A stretch of 47,894 nt of DNA from Candidatus Parcubacteria bacterium (GCA_023128895.1 JAGMDC010000001.1:1-47894); one strand, 5' to 3'. Counted from the stretch's first letter, positions 9,890-18,686 are shown. The notes: a model not told the origin generated them from the sequence alone. A program made the numbers and translations.

Positions 9890-10242
9890 TTGACAAAATT
9901 TTCAATTTTGTATAATATTAAAATTGCCATGAGAGAAAAGGATGTGGAAAAAGTGAGAGTTGTTGCATAGATGTAACGGTGCGAAAACATTAATACAGTG
10001 ATATAACGATTTGGCGGTTTCAACAAAAGGGATTGCACCGGTCTCAGGCGGAAAGGAAGATAAGGGTGAATCACCCGGATATTTATTTCAATACCACTGT
10101 ATTGGACAAGGGCGATTACCCTACATTTCTGCTGTTATAGCACATTTTAATTTAATACATCAGTATTACCATATTACCATCAATTTTTCAGCACCACTGT
10201 TTCACATTTATCATAGAGCAATAGTAATATTGCTCTTATTTA
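9890..10242 (+). ncRNA. Candidate ncRNA B (promoter to terminator)
   Basis: TTGACA-N17-TAATAT; long-range AATACAGTG/CACTGTATT pairing; 3' segment homologous to locus A; AGAGCAATA-gtaa-TATTGCTCT hairpin. Confidence 0.4.
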
Positions 10243-10247
10243 ATTGA

Positions 10248-10411
10248 GCGAGGCAACAAGTCCTCAATGGCAAACATCGGAGGCGCCTGAGCATGGTCCG
10301 AGCCCCCACACCTAATTTAGGTGTGGGGGCTCGGACAGGCGCTGAGATATTAGACCCCAAAACCCCGCTGGGGTTTTGAGGGTCGGTGCCTTGAGGGCTT
10401 CGTTGCTTCGC
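10248..10411. repeat. Nested palindromic (REPIN/MITE-like) element
   Basis: Outer IR GCGAGGCAAC..CCTCAA/TTGAGG..GTTGCTTCGC; inner 20-bp perfect IR at 10296-10336 and a second IR at 10353-10384. Confidence 0.75.
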
Positions 10412-10424
10412 GAGATTCAACACA

Positions 10425-10919
10425 TCATCGCTTCTTCCACTGCGGCGCGCGACGGGCGCGTTTTAACCCGAATTTCTTTCTTTCTCTCATCCTTGAATCC
10501 CTTGTTAAATATCCGTGCTTTTTCAACCGTTTTCTGAATATAGGATTAATTTCAACTAAAATCTTGGCAATAGCGTGCCTCACTGCTTCTGCCTGCGCGT
10601 GCATTCCGCCTCCCTTCACTATTGCTTGAATCCTAAATCTTTCACAAAGTTTCATTTTATCCAAAGACGAAGAAGCAATCTTCTGAAGCTCTAAAATAGG
10701 AAAATATTCGTTATACGGTTTGTTATTAACTAAAAAAACTTTTTCCCCGCGAGTAAACAAACGAACTCTTGCCTTTGCTGTTTTCCTCTTGCCCATTTCC
10801 TCAAAATACCTGTTGTTGTTTTTTTCTTCAATTTCTATCTTCTCTTCAGCGGCTTCAGTAACCGGGCCACTGATTTTTTTTACCGCTGGTTTTTTAGTTG
10901 TAGGTTTTTCTTTTTTCAT
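10425..10919 (-). CDS. rpsI: 30S ribosomal protein S9
   Basis: GKRKTAKARVRL, GGGMHAQAEAVRHA, TRDSRMRERKKFGLKRARRAPQWKKR. Confidence 0.96.
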   Translation of the reverse strand: MKKEKPTTKKPAVKKISGPVTEAAEEKIEIEEKNNNRYFEEMGKRKTAKARVRLFTRGEKVFLVNNKPYNEYFPILELQKIASSSLDKMKLCERFRIQAIVKGGGMHAQAEAVRHAIAKILVEINPIFRKRLKKHGYLTRDSRMRERKKFGLKRARRAPQWKKR

Positions 10920-11263
10920 TTAATTTTTAATCTCTTTAATTGTTCCGGCCGTAGTTTATTCACCGGAAGCATTCCGTAAACCGCTTTTTTTAATATCTCA
11001 AACGGATTTTCTTCAAGAAGTTTTTTCATAGATGTTTCCTTTAGATTGCCTAAATAGCCGGAATGGTGAAAATATTTTTTTTGCTCCAATTTTTTCCCAG
11101 TGATTTTTATTTTGCGAATATTTTCAACAACCACAAAATCCCCTACATCCTGGTTCAAAACAAAATCTGGTTTATGCTTGCCGCGCAAAAGCAAAGCAAT
11201 CTCGCTTGCCAGCCTGCCTAAAACTTTTCCATCCGCGTCAATTGTATGTGTTTCTCTTTTCAT
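10916..11263 (-). CDS. rplM: 50S ribosomal protein L13
   Basis: IDADGKVLGRLAS, LRGKHKP, DVGDFVVV, HHSGYLG, AVYGMLP. Confidence 0.96.
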   Translation of the reverse strand: MKRETHTIDADGKVLGRLASEIALLLRGKHKPDFVLNQDVGDFVVVENIRKIKITGKKLEQKKYFHHSGYLGNLKETSMKKLLEENPFEILKKAVYGMLPVNKLRPEQLKRLKIK

Positions 11264-11271
11264 TCCATTGA

Positions 11272-11622
11272 TTATTTAACTAACTCAATTATTGCCATTT
11301 TGGCGCTATCTGATTTTCTTGAACCTAATTTAATAATGCGGGTATATCCTCCCTGCCGTTCTTTGTATCTGGGTCCTATTTCATCCACTAATTTTTTTAC
11401 CGCTGTCTCGGAAAGAACTCTGGCTAACAACCTTCTCGCTGGAATATCCCCTTTTTTTGCTCTCGTAATAAATTTTTCCGCAAATTTAGAAAGCGCTTTT
11501 GCTTTTATCTCTGTTGTTTTTATTTTTTCCTCAAAAACAAGGGCGGTAGCCAATGCCTTCAAAAGCGCTTTTCTCTGACCTCGTTCTCTTCCAAATTTTT
11601 TGCCTTGTTTTTGTTTTTTCAT
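11272..11622 (-). CDS. rplQ: 50S ribosomal protein L17
   Basis: RKALLKALATAL..IKTTEIKAK, RQGGYTRIIKLGSRKSDSAKMAIIELV. Confidence 0.96.
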   Translation of the reverse strand: MKKQKQGKKFGRERGQRKALLKALATALVFEEKIKTTEIKAKALSKFAEKFITRAKKGDIPARRLLARVLSETAVKKLVDEIGPRYKERQGGYTRIIKLGSRKSDSAKMAIIELVK

Positions 11623-12401
11623 TATTTTACTTTACTTTTTTTGGGTTGAGCTTGTTTCTTTGTTTTTTTGAACTTTGGTTTTGCGGTCTTTTGGGATTCT
11701 TTCTTTGGTTCTTCTTTTGTCTTAAACTTTTCAACAAATAAAGAAAAATGTTTAACTAAAATTTCTGACGCGGAAAATATTGCCTGTTCAGGCGTTATGG
11801 TTCCATCTGTCTCAATTTCTATTTTTAACAAATCGTAATCTGTTCTCTCCCCTACTCTCATATTTTCCACAACATAATTTACTTTTCTCACTGGAGTAAA
11901 AATTGCGTCCACGGCAATCTCTCCAACCTCTAATTTTTCTTTCTTCTTCCTTTCCGCTGGTTCATACCCAAGCCCTTTTTCCACTAAAATTTCCATTTCC
12001 AATTCTGCTGATTTTTTAGTCAAATCAGCGATATGCGCGTCTTGGTTTACTAATTCTATTTGAGAAGGAATTTTGAAATCCTTTCCCTTTATTTCTTTCT
12101 CGCCTTTTGCTGAAAGTGATATTTTTATTGGTTCGTCACTGTAAACTCTGAATCTCAACTGTTTCAAATTTAATAAAATAGAAACCACATCTTCATAGAC
12201 CCCTGGCAAAGTTGAAAATTCATGCGAAACATTTTTGATTTTTACCAAAGTGACCGCGGTGCCTGGTAAAGAAGAAAGTAAAACTCTCCTCAAAGCGTTG
12301 CCGACAGTAACTCCATAACCGGGATACAATTCCCTAAGTTCAAATCGTGCCGTGTTTTTCTCTTTTTCAATAATTTTTGGAGAAGTTGGAAAAGAAAACA
12401 T
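11622..12401 (-). CDS. rpoA: RNA polymerase alpha subunit (NTD only, Lys-rich tail)
   Basis: LYPGYGVTVGNALRRVLLSS, HEFST, DAIFTPVRKVNY, RTDYDLL; no alphaCTD. Confidence 0.95.
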   Translation of the reverse strand: MFSFPTSPKIIEKEKNTARFELRELYPGYGVTVGNALRRVLLSSLPGTAVTLVKIKNVSHEFSTLPGVYEDVVSILLNLKQLRFRVYSDEPIKISLSAKGEKEIKGKDFKIPSQIELVNQDAHIADLTKKSAELEMEILVEKGLGYEPAERKKKEKLEVGEIAVDAIFTPVRKVNYVVENMRVGERTDYDLLKIEIETDGTITPEQAIFSASEILVKHFSLFVEKFKTKEEPKKESQKTAKPKFKKTKKQAQPKKSKVK

Positions 12402-12404
12402 AGA

Positions 12405-12468
12405 TTTTTGAAACTTGAAACTTGAAATTTAAAACATTAAATGTTTTAAATTTTAGGTTTCAAGTTTT
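12405..12468. repeat. Short heptamer tandem repeat (TTGAAAC) with internal palindrome
   Basis: TTGAAAC TTGAAAC TTGAAAT, then TTTAAAACATT-a-AATGTTTTAAA and inverted TTTCAAG. Confidence 0.5.
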
Positions 12469-12471
12469 AGA

Positions 12472-13104
12472 TTATTTTGAATAATATTCAAAAATTGCCG
12501 ACATTTCAACAGGGGCTCCAGCGTCGTCCAAAGACGGCTCTTCGACAACCTTGCCCTGTATTTTTTTAATATCTAAATCAAGCCATACTGGCGCCTGATA
12601 TTTTTTAATATTATTGGAAAGATTCTGAAAAACAGGTTTTTTTAAAGAAGATGGCCGAATATTTATTTGATCTCCTTTTTTAACTTGATATCCTGGCAGA
12701 TTATTTGATTTGCCATTAACTAAAAAATGTTTATGCGTAAGCAATTGCCTTGCCTGAATTCTAGAAACGGCAAAGCCAAGCCGAAAAATCACATTATCTA
12801 ACCGTTTTTCTAATTTTTGTATTAATAAAACAGAAGCGTCCTCTTTTCTGCTTTTTTTGTTCAAAATGTCTTTTACGTATTTTCGGAATTGCGTTTCCTT
12901 CAAATTATACCAGTTTTTAAGTTTCTGTTTTTCTTTTAACTCTTTACCATATTCGGAAATAGAAACGCGCCTGGCTTTTGCTTTTTGTCCAGGAGGATAA
13001 GGTTTTTTTATCATAGCGCATTTAGGAGACATACAACGTTCTCCTTTTAAGAACAACTTAACGCCAGCTCTCCGACAAATTTTACATTTTGCGTTTAAAT
13101 TCAT
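12472..13104 (-). CDS. rpsD: 30S ribosomal protein S4 (zinc-binding type)
   Basis: CKICRRAGVKLFLKGERC..KC, LEKRLDNVIFRLGFA; start moved to ATG 13104. Confidence 0.96.
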   Translation of the reverse strand: MNLNAKCKICRRAGVKLFLKGERCMSPKCAMIKKPYPPGQKAKARRVSISEYGKELKEKQKLKNWYNLKETQFRKYVKDILNKKSRKEDASVLLIQKLEKRLDNVIFRLGFAVSRIQARQLLTHKHFLVNGKSNNLPGYQVKKGDQINIRPSSLKKPVFQNLSNNIKKYQAPVWLDLDIKKIQGKVVEEPSLDDAGAPVEMSAIFEYYSK

Positions 13105-13111
13105 AATATTA

Positions 13112-13564
13112 TTACACCCTGCGCGCTTTAGGCGGCTTGCATCCATTATGCGGAATGGGTGTCACATCTTCTATAGAAATAATTTCTAAACCTTTGTTCG
13201 CCAACGAACGCACGGCAGAATCTCTGCCGCTGCCAATGCCTTTCACAAAAATTTCCACTTTTTCTATTCCTATTTTTCTGATTCTTTGGATTATTGCTTC
13301 CGCAACTTTTGAAGCGGCAAAAGCTGTTGCTTTTTTCGTTCCTTTAAAACCGATATTGCCAGCGCTCGCCCAGGACAAAACATTTCCCTTAAGGTCCGCT
13401 AATGTGATAATAGTGTTGTTATAAGACGAAGCAATATAAATTCTCCCCTCTTTTATTTTTTTAGAGGATTGTATTTTTCCTTCTTTTTTTACTGCTGCTT
13501 CTATTTTATCTCCTTCTTCCACCAGCTCTTTTTCAGTTTTTTGAATAATACGTTTTTTACCCAT
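13112..13564 (-). CDS. rpsK: 30S ribosomal protein S11
   Basis: SSYNNTIIT, GFKGTKKATAFAA, KGIGSGR, DVTPIPHNGC; start moved to MGKKR. Confidence 0.96.
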   Translation of the reverse strand: MGKKRIIQKTEKELVEEGDKIEAAVKKEGKIQSSKKIKEGRIYIASSYNNTIITLADLKGNVLSWASAGNIGFKGTKKATAFAASKVAEAIIQRIRKIGIEKVEIFVKGIGSGRDSAVRSLANKGLEIISIEDVTPIPHNGCKPPKARRV

Positions 13565-13577
13565 AATGTTAATATTG

Positions 13578-13967
13578 TCACTTGGGGGATGGAGCCGCGT
13601 GTCTGCCGCTGCCAACTGTTCTTCGGACATTGCCCCGCACCGTTCTACTATTGGTTTTGGTTCTTTGCCCTCTTACTGGAAGCCCTTTAATGTGCCTTGC
13701 GCCTTTCCAGCAATTAATATCTCTTAACCGCTTTACGGATATCATTATATATTTATGTAATTCGCCCTCAATTTTGTATTTTTTCTCAATAATTTCTTTG
13801 AGCTCATTAATTTGTTCTGGTTTTAGTTCTGACGCTTTTATAAATGGGTCTATTTTTGTTTGTTTCAAAATCTTTTTTGCCAGCGACAAACCAACCCCAT
13901 AAATATAGGTTAAAGAAGTTTCTATTTGTTTGTTTTCCGGGATGTTTACCCCTGCAATTCTTGGCAT
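13578..13967 (-). CDS. rpsM: 30S ribosomal protein S13
   Basis: MPRIAGVNIP, LTYIYGVG, GLPVRGQRTKTNSRT. Confidence 0.97.
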   Translation of the reverse strand: MPRIAGVNIPENKQIETSLTYIYGVGLSLAKKILKQTKIDPFIKASELKPEQINELKEIIEKKYKIEGELHKYIMISVKRLRDINCWKGARHIKGLPVRGQRTKTNSRTVRGNVRRTVGSGRHAAPSPK

Positions 13968-14084
13968 TTATCCTTGTCGCTGTTTATGTTTCGGATTTTT
14001 TTTACAAATAATAAAAATACGCCCTTTTCTTCTAACGGATTTGCAATCTTTGCACATTTTTTTTACTGACGCTCTAACTTTCAT
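13968..14084 (-). CDS. rpmJ: 50S ribosomal protein L36 (not in ORF track)
   Basis: Hand translation [38 protein letters not shown]. Confidence 0.96.
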   Translation of the reverse strand: MKVRASVKKMCKDCKSVRRKGRIFIICKKNPKHKQRQG

Positions 14085-14152
14085 ATTTTAGACAACAAAA
14101 AAATCCACAAGTTTTATAATTACAAACTTTGAATCTTTGAATCTATGATATA

Positions 14153-14413
14153 TTATTTTCCTCTGTATACTATTCTGCCTTTGGTTTCGTCATATGGGCT
14201 CATTTCCACTGTTACTTTGTCTCCGGCTAAAATTTTTATCCTATACAGCCTCAATCTACCAGCAAGATGCGCGAGTATTTCCCTCCCATCCTCGTTCATT
14301 TTTACCTTAAATTTCAAACTTGGCAAAGTTTCCAACACTATACCTTCTTTCCTAAATTCCTGCCTTGCCTGGTCTCTCTTTTTTTTCTTATCAAATTTAT
14401 CAAATTTTTTCAT
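14153..14413 (-). CDS. infA: Translation initiation factor IF-1
   Basis: [45 protein letters not shown]. Confidence 0.95.
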   Translation of the reverse strand: MKKFDKFDKKKKRDQARQEFRKEGIVLETLPSLKFKVKMNEDGREILAHLAGRLRLYRIKILAGDKVTVEMSPYDETKGRIVYRGK

Positions 14414-14422
14414 CTGTAATTA

Positions 14423-14451
14423 ACAGTAGCAAAATATACTAAATTAGTCAA
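14423..14451 (-). promoter_or_regulatory. Promoter for infA; -35 inside the upstream gene's last codons
   Basis: TTGACT-N17-TACTGT (extended TGn). Confidence 0.55.
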
Positions 14452-15679
14452 GATTTAGTTTCACATCAATCTTTTCTAAATTATTAGGCACTCTTTTAAC
14501 CCAGAACGGCCACAATTCAAACTCAAATTTATCAATTTTATCCTCGCTTTCTAAAATAATTTTCACTTCTCTGGAAGATTTTTCCACCAGTGCCTTTTTT
14601 AAAAATAAAATATCAACGTCAGAATAAACAGCGCCTGAAAATTCTAAGTCCAAAACCATTTTATTATGTTCAAAATCCATAGATTTTAGAAAATAATTTG
14701 TTTTTAAGCTTGGTTTATGTAATTTTTCTCCTTCAAGGATTTGCGAATCAAAAAAATTTTCAATATAATTTTCCAAATCATGCTCTGGCAAAGTTATTGC
14801 AGTAAAACTGGCTTTAACCTTGTAATTAAACTGTTCTTGTTCCGCGCCCGCTTGAGCCAAAGAAAACGCATCTGTAATTTTCTGGGACACGGCATCGTCA
14901 AATAGAATAAGATTCTCTTCCTGCGCTCTTGTTCTTATTTTTTCCCAGCACTTTTCTTTTGCCTGCGCTGATAATATTTCTTTTGCCCTGTTCAAATCAT
15001 TATCATTTACCTGCGGAAATCTGCCTCCGCCTTTCATTTCAGAAAACGATTTAGCGTAAAAAAGAGTGAATTTGCTGGTTCCGGCAAAACCGGGAATAGA
15101 AAAAGTGGTTGGCTCAATATTATATTTTTCTCCTGCTTGATCCGCAACCACTTCAATATCAATAAAACCAGGGACTAATTTTCCTTTTTTGTAATGTTTA
15201 CCTGGAATTACTACTCTCACAGGAGTTCTGAATAATTTTCCAGAAGCGGAAACAAATCTTGTTGTTGCCAGTAATGGCTGGTCATAAGTAGAATAAGCGT
15301 TGTAAACGCGAATAATTCCTTTGGCTTTTTTATCAATAAAACCAGTAGAATTAAGTTGTTGGGAAACTTCTTTTTCTATCTGAATTGTCTTACCGGCAAT
15401 AATATTCTGCGAAAAATCAGAATCAGCGATTCCCGCTTTTACAACAATAGTTTCTTCAAAAATTAAAGCGCGTGTTTTGGGCCAAATTTCTATTTTTGCC
15501 GAGCACAAAACAACCCAGCAAAACAAAAATAAACCTATCAATCCTATTCCGATATAAACAAACCTAAAATCAAATTTAGGACAAGTTAAGGGCGCAAAAT
15601 CTCTTTGCGGTTTCATCTTTTCAATAATTTTCTTTGCTTGTATTGTAGGCGGCCTTATGTCTATTATTCTCTTTGGCAT
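14444..15679 (-). CDS. Membrane-anchored hypothetical protein with baseplate J-like beta region
   Basis: Single TM; KAKGIIRVYN, TRFVSASGKLFRT, VVADQAGEKYNI, PFW pattern recalled from CPR baseplate-J-like proteins. Confidence 0.55.
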   Translation of the reverse strand: MPKRIIDIRPPTIQAKKIIEKMKPQRDFAPLTCPKFDFRFVYIGIGLIGLFLFCWVVLCSAKIEIWPKTRALIFEETIVVKAGIADSDFSQNIIAGKTIQIEKEVSQQLNSTGFIDKKAKGIIRVYNAYSTYDQPLLATTRFVSASGKLFRTPVRVVIPGKHYKKGKLVPGFIDIEVVADQAGEKYNIEPTTFSIPGFAGTSKFTLFYAKSFSEMKGGGRFPQVNDNDLNRAKEILSAQAKEKCWEKIRTRAQEENLILFDDAVSQKITDAFSLAQAGAEQEQFNYKVKASFTAITLPEHDLENYIENFFDSQILEGEKLHKPSLKTNYFLKSMDFEHNKMVLDLEFSGAVYSDVDILFLKKALVEKSSREVKIILESEDKIDKFEFELWPFWVKRVPNNLEKIDVKLNLD

Positions 15680-15734
15680 AATATTATTTTAGATTTATAA
15701 GCGAGCCAGTAAGGGTTTCAATTTCGCTTAATAG

Positions 15735-17561
15735 TTACTCTATTGTTGCTTTGATGCGTCGGATTCCGGCGCTTGATGATTGTTCTTTAATAATCTTAAA
15801 CTTTCCTATCTCCCCTGTTTTCTCAACATGCGGACCAGCGCAAATTTCTTTGGAAAAGTCCCCAATAGAATATACTGTTACTATATCTGGATATTTTTCC
15901 TTAAAGAACGCCAGCGCGCCCTGGATTATTGCCTGTTTGTATTCCATTTTTTGCTTTTTTACCTCTAAATTTTCTGAAATTTTTTGATTAACCAAATCCT
16001 GCGTTTGTTTGATTTCCTGAACAGACATTTTTCTATCAAAACTAAAATCAAATCTCAATCGCTCCTCGTTTATATTAGATCCCATTTGTCTAATCTCGTT
16101 TCCCAGAATTTGCCTCAACGCGGAATGGAGCAAATGAGTCGCAGTATGCAGTTTTATAATCTTATCATTTTTGATTTTTGACCCTTCTATCCCATGCCCT
16201 CCAAATTTCTTTTCAACCCCTGCGCGCGAAATATCCTGATGTTCTACTAAAGCGCGCCGAAAATCTTTTTCATCTATTTCAAACCCTTCTTCCTTTGCCA
16301 GTTCTTTAGTTAATTCTATTGGAAATCCATAACTTTGGTAAAGGGTAAAAGCGTCTTCTCCTGAAATTATTTTAGAATTTCCTGTTTGCTCAACGGAAAT
16401 CTTGGAAATCAATTTTCCGAATTGCTTCAAGCCCTTTTCCAATGTCTTGTTAAACTTTTCTTCTTCGCCCTGAATAACAGAGATTATATTATCCTGTTCA
16501 TCCCCAAGTTCGGGATAGATATCTTTATAGCCCTCAATCACTTTTCGCGCCAAAGGAATCAAGAAATCAGAGGACAAATTCAATACCCTTCCATAACGGA
16601 TAGCCCTTCTCAAAATCCTTCGCAGGATATATCCCTTGTCCAGATTAGAAGGAACAATCCCATCAGCAATAAGAAAGCAAGCGCCTCTGATATGGTCCGC
16701 GATTATCCTGTACGGCTTCGGATTTACATCATACAAGCCAGCAATTTGCTTGTCAATTTGCTGAATTATCGGAAAAAATATATCTGTTTCATAAGCAGAG
16801 GGCTTGTTCTGCAAAATTGCCAAAACCCTTTCAAATCCCATTCCAGTGTCTATATTCTTATATTTTAATTGTTTGTATTCATATTCACCATCCCTTGCCA
16901 ATTGTTTGTCATATTCAGTAAAAACCAAATTCCAAATTTCTACAAATCGTCCGCATTCGCAATTAGGCCCGCATCCCTTAATAGTGCATTTATTTTTAGA
17001 AAATTCCTGCCCGTTGTCATAATGTATTTCAGAACCGGGACCGCAAGGCCCTGCTCCCGATACTGGTCCCCAAAAATTATCTTTCATACCGAATTCTTTA
17101 ATTCTCTCCTGCCTTATTCCTATTTTTTCCAGCCATATTTTTTTCGCCTCCTCGTCCTTTGGAACCAATTCATTACCCTCAAATATGGTTATGTGCAAAC
17201 GTTCTGGGTCTAATCTTAATTTTGTTGTTAAAAATTCCCATGCAAACTCTATTGCTTCTTTCTTAAAATAATCATTGAAACTGAAATTTCCCAGCATCTC
17301 AAAAAAAGTATGGTGCGATGCGTCTGAAACATCGTTAATATCTTTGACTCGGAAGCATTTTTGGCAAGTAGCGATTTTTTTGGCTCCAAAGTCTTTTTGC
17401 GGATCTTTTTGTCCGATAAAATATTCCTTAAACTGCTGCATTCCGGCAGTAGTGAGCAAAACGCTCGGGTCAGACGGCAGAAGCGAAGACGACGGCACAA
17501 TCTTATGCCCTTTGCTTTCAAAAAAATCCAAAAACTCTTTACGCAATTCCATTGATGTCAT
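15735..17561 (-). CDS. alaS: Alanine--tRNA ligase (short form, no C-Ala domain)
   Basis: LLTTAGMQQF, HHTFFEMLGNFS, EIWNLVF, IDTGMGFER, HTATHLL, EICAGPHV. Confidence 0.96.
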   Translation of the reverse strand: MTSMELRKEFLDFFESKGHKIVPSSSLLPSDPSVLLTTAGMQQFKEYFIGQKDPQKDFGAKKIATCQKCFRVKDINDVSDASHHTFFEMLGNFSFNDYFKKEAIEFAWEFLTTKLRLDPERLHITIFEGNELVPKDEEAKKIWLEKIGIRQERIKEFGMKDNFWGPVSGAGPCGPGSEIHYDNGQEFSKNKCTIKGCGPNCECGRFVEIWNLVFTEYDKQLARDGEYEYKQLKYKNIDTGMGFERVLAILQNKPSAYETDIFFPIIQQIDKQIAGLYDVNPKPYRIIADHIRGACFLIADGIVPSNLDKGYILRRILRRAIRYGRVLNLSSDFLIPLARKVIEGYKDIYPELGDEQDNIISVIQGEEEKFNKTLEKGLKQFGKLISKISVEQTGNSKIISGEDAFTLYQSYGFPIELTKELAKEEGFEIDEKDFRRALVEHQDISRAGVEKKFGGHGIEGSKIKNDKIIKLHTATHLLHSALRQILGNEIRQMGSNINEERLRFDFSFDRKMSVQEIKQTQDLVNQKISENLEVKKQKMEYKQAIIQGALAFFKEKYPDIVTVYSIGDFSKEICAGPHVEKTGEIGKFKIIKEQSSSAGIRRIKATIE

Positions 17562-17620
17562 TTTATGTTATATTGTAGCAGAAAAAAATAATTCACACAA
17601 ATCCAAAGTAAAAAAAATTA

Positions 17621-17645
17621 GTCCGTTCGCAAACTGCGAAAGGAC
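17621..17645 (-). terminator. Terminator hairpin after the cassette ORFs
   Basis: GTCCGTTCGCA-aac-TGCGAAAGGAC with adjacent A8 (T-run on minus strand). Confidence 0.6.
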
Positions 17646-17650
17646 ATATC

Positions 17651-18013
17651 TTAAAAATTTGGGGATTCCAGAATTTCTTCAAACCATAATAGTTTCTTAT
17701 GAAATTCAAATGACTCTTGTTCTGCCTCAATAGATCTTCCCGTAATCACTTTTCCTCTCGGCGTGTCATCCATTTGTATAACTTTCAAATGTTCCATCTT
17801 TTCTATCACATTTCTTATCATCGCTTTATTCTTGTATCTTATCATTGGAGCGCATTCGGCTATTCTCCTAAGAATATCTTTCAGTGTATCTCCGTTCTCT
17901 CCTCGCGTAAGCACCAAGTAAGCGATAAAGACCTCTTCCTGCCTTAAGGGTTTTCCGTTTCCGTTAATACCCAAATTTTCACCAGATAGCCTGGTTTGAA
18001 TATTTTTTTTCAT
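17651..18013 (-). CDS. Orphan protein, possibly winged-helix
   Basis: 120 aa; helix-helix-beta-hairpin-like pattern; AAGGTGG RBS; fold is a guess. Confidence 0.5.
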   Translation of the reverse strand: MKKNIQTRLSGENLGINGNGKPLRQEEVFIAYLVLTRGENGDTLKDILRRIAECAPMIRYKNKAMIRNVIEKMEHLKVIQMDDTPRGKVITGRSIEAEQESFEFHKKLLWFEEILESPNF

Positions 18014-18028
18014 CCCGTTTCACCACCT

Positions 18029-18247
18029 TTACATTGTTGTTTTCTCTTCCCATTTCTTTTCCCATCTTCTTAGCTGATTCAAAAAAAGAAAACTCATTAT
18101 CGCTGTTACTGCTATTATCAACGCGCAAATCTCCCATTCTACTGTTATCTCTACTGTCGCTGCCGCTCCCATCGCATAACCGAGTAAACAGGAAACAGCA
18201 AACGCTGTCCACACTAGCAAAAATACCAATCTTTTTCCTTTATCCAT
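18029..18247 (-). CDS. Small two-TM orphan protein
   Basis: 72 aa, two hydrophobic helices, AGGAGGG RBS, promoter upstream. Confidence 0.55.
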   Translation of the reverse strand: MDKGKRLVFLLVWTAFAVSCLLGYAMGAAATVEITVEWEICALIIAVTAIMSFLFLNQLRRWEKKWEEKTTM

Positions 18248-18288
18248 TTTTCTTCTTCTTCCCTCCTTTTATATTGCGAACTATAATT

Positions 18289-18317
18289 CATATAGCACAA
18301 TTATTCCAATTTGTCAA
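18289..18317 (-). promoter_or_regulatory. Cassette promoter
   Basis: TTGACA-N17-TATATG with the same GTGC-TA junction as the promoters at 3947 and 6151. Confidence 0.65.
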
Positions 18318-18593
18318 GAATTTTACCAAGAATTTGTAAAAAAAATGAAGGGAATTGCATGATTCCCCTATTTTTAAATCTGGCTTTTACAATAATGTTA
18401 CTATGCAGCAAACAAAAAAAACCAGAAGTCCGCAAATTATCACTGGCATAATTTTATCTACGGCATATGTTTTTTTTGTTTCTATCTTTCCCGTTTTTTC
18501 TCACCTCCTTTTTTTTTGATATAACGAGCTACAACTTCTATTATAGAATAACACAATCATTTCATTTTGGAAACCTTACGCCTTTTACTATCA

Positions 18594-18621
18594 CCGCATG
18601 CCTTTTATTAAAGGCATGCGG
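18594..18621. repeat. Strong inverted repeat between divergent units
   Basis: CCGCATGCCTTT-tatt-AAAGGCATGCGG. Confidence 0.6.
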
Positions 18622-18686
18622 GCAAAGGTTTTACGCAAAATTCAGGTAAAATTTGCTGGAAAGTAAGAAAGTGATATAATACAACA

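Noticed and set aside
10011-10423. ORFs 10011-10247(+), 9880-10074(-) and 10211-10423(-)
   Set aside because: No convincing RBS/start context or protein-like composition; they overlap the candidate ncRNA and palindromic element.
14444-15679. Prophage or contractile-tail locus
   Set aside because: A lone membrane-anchored baseplate-J-like gene among housekeeping genes; no other phage genes.
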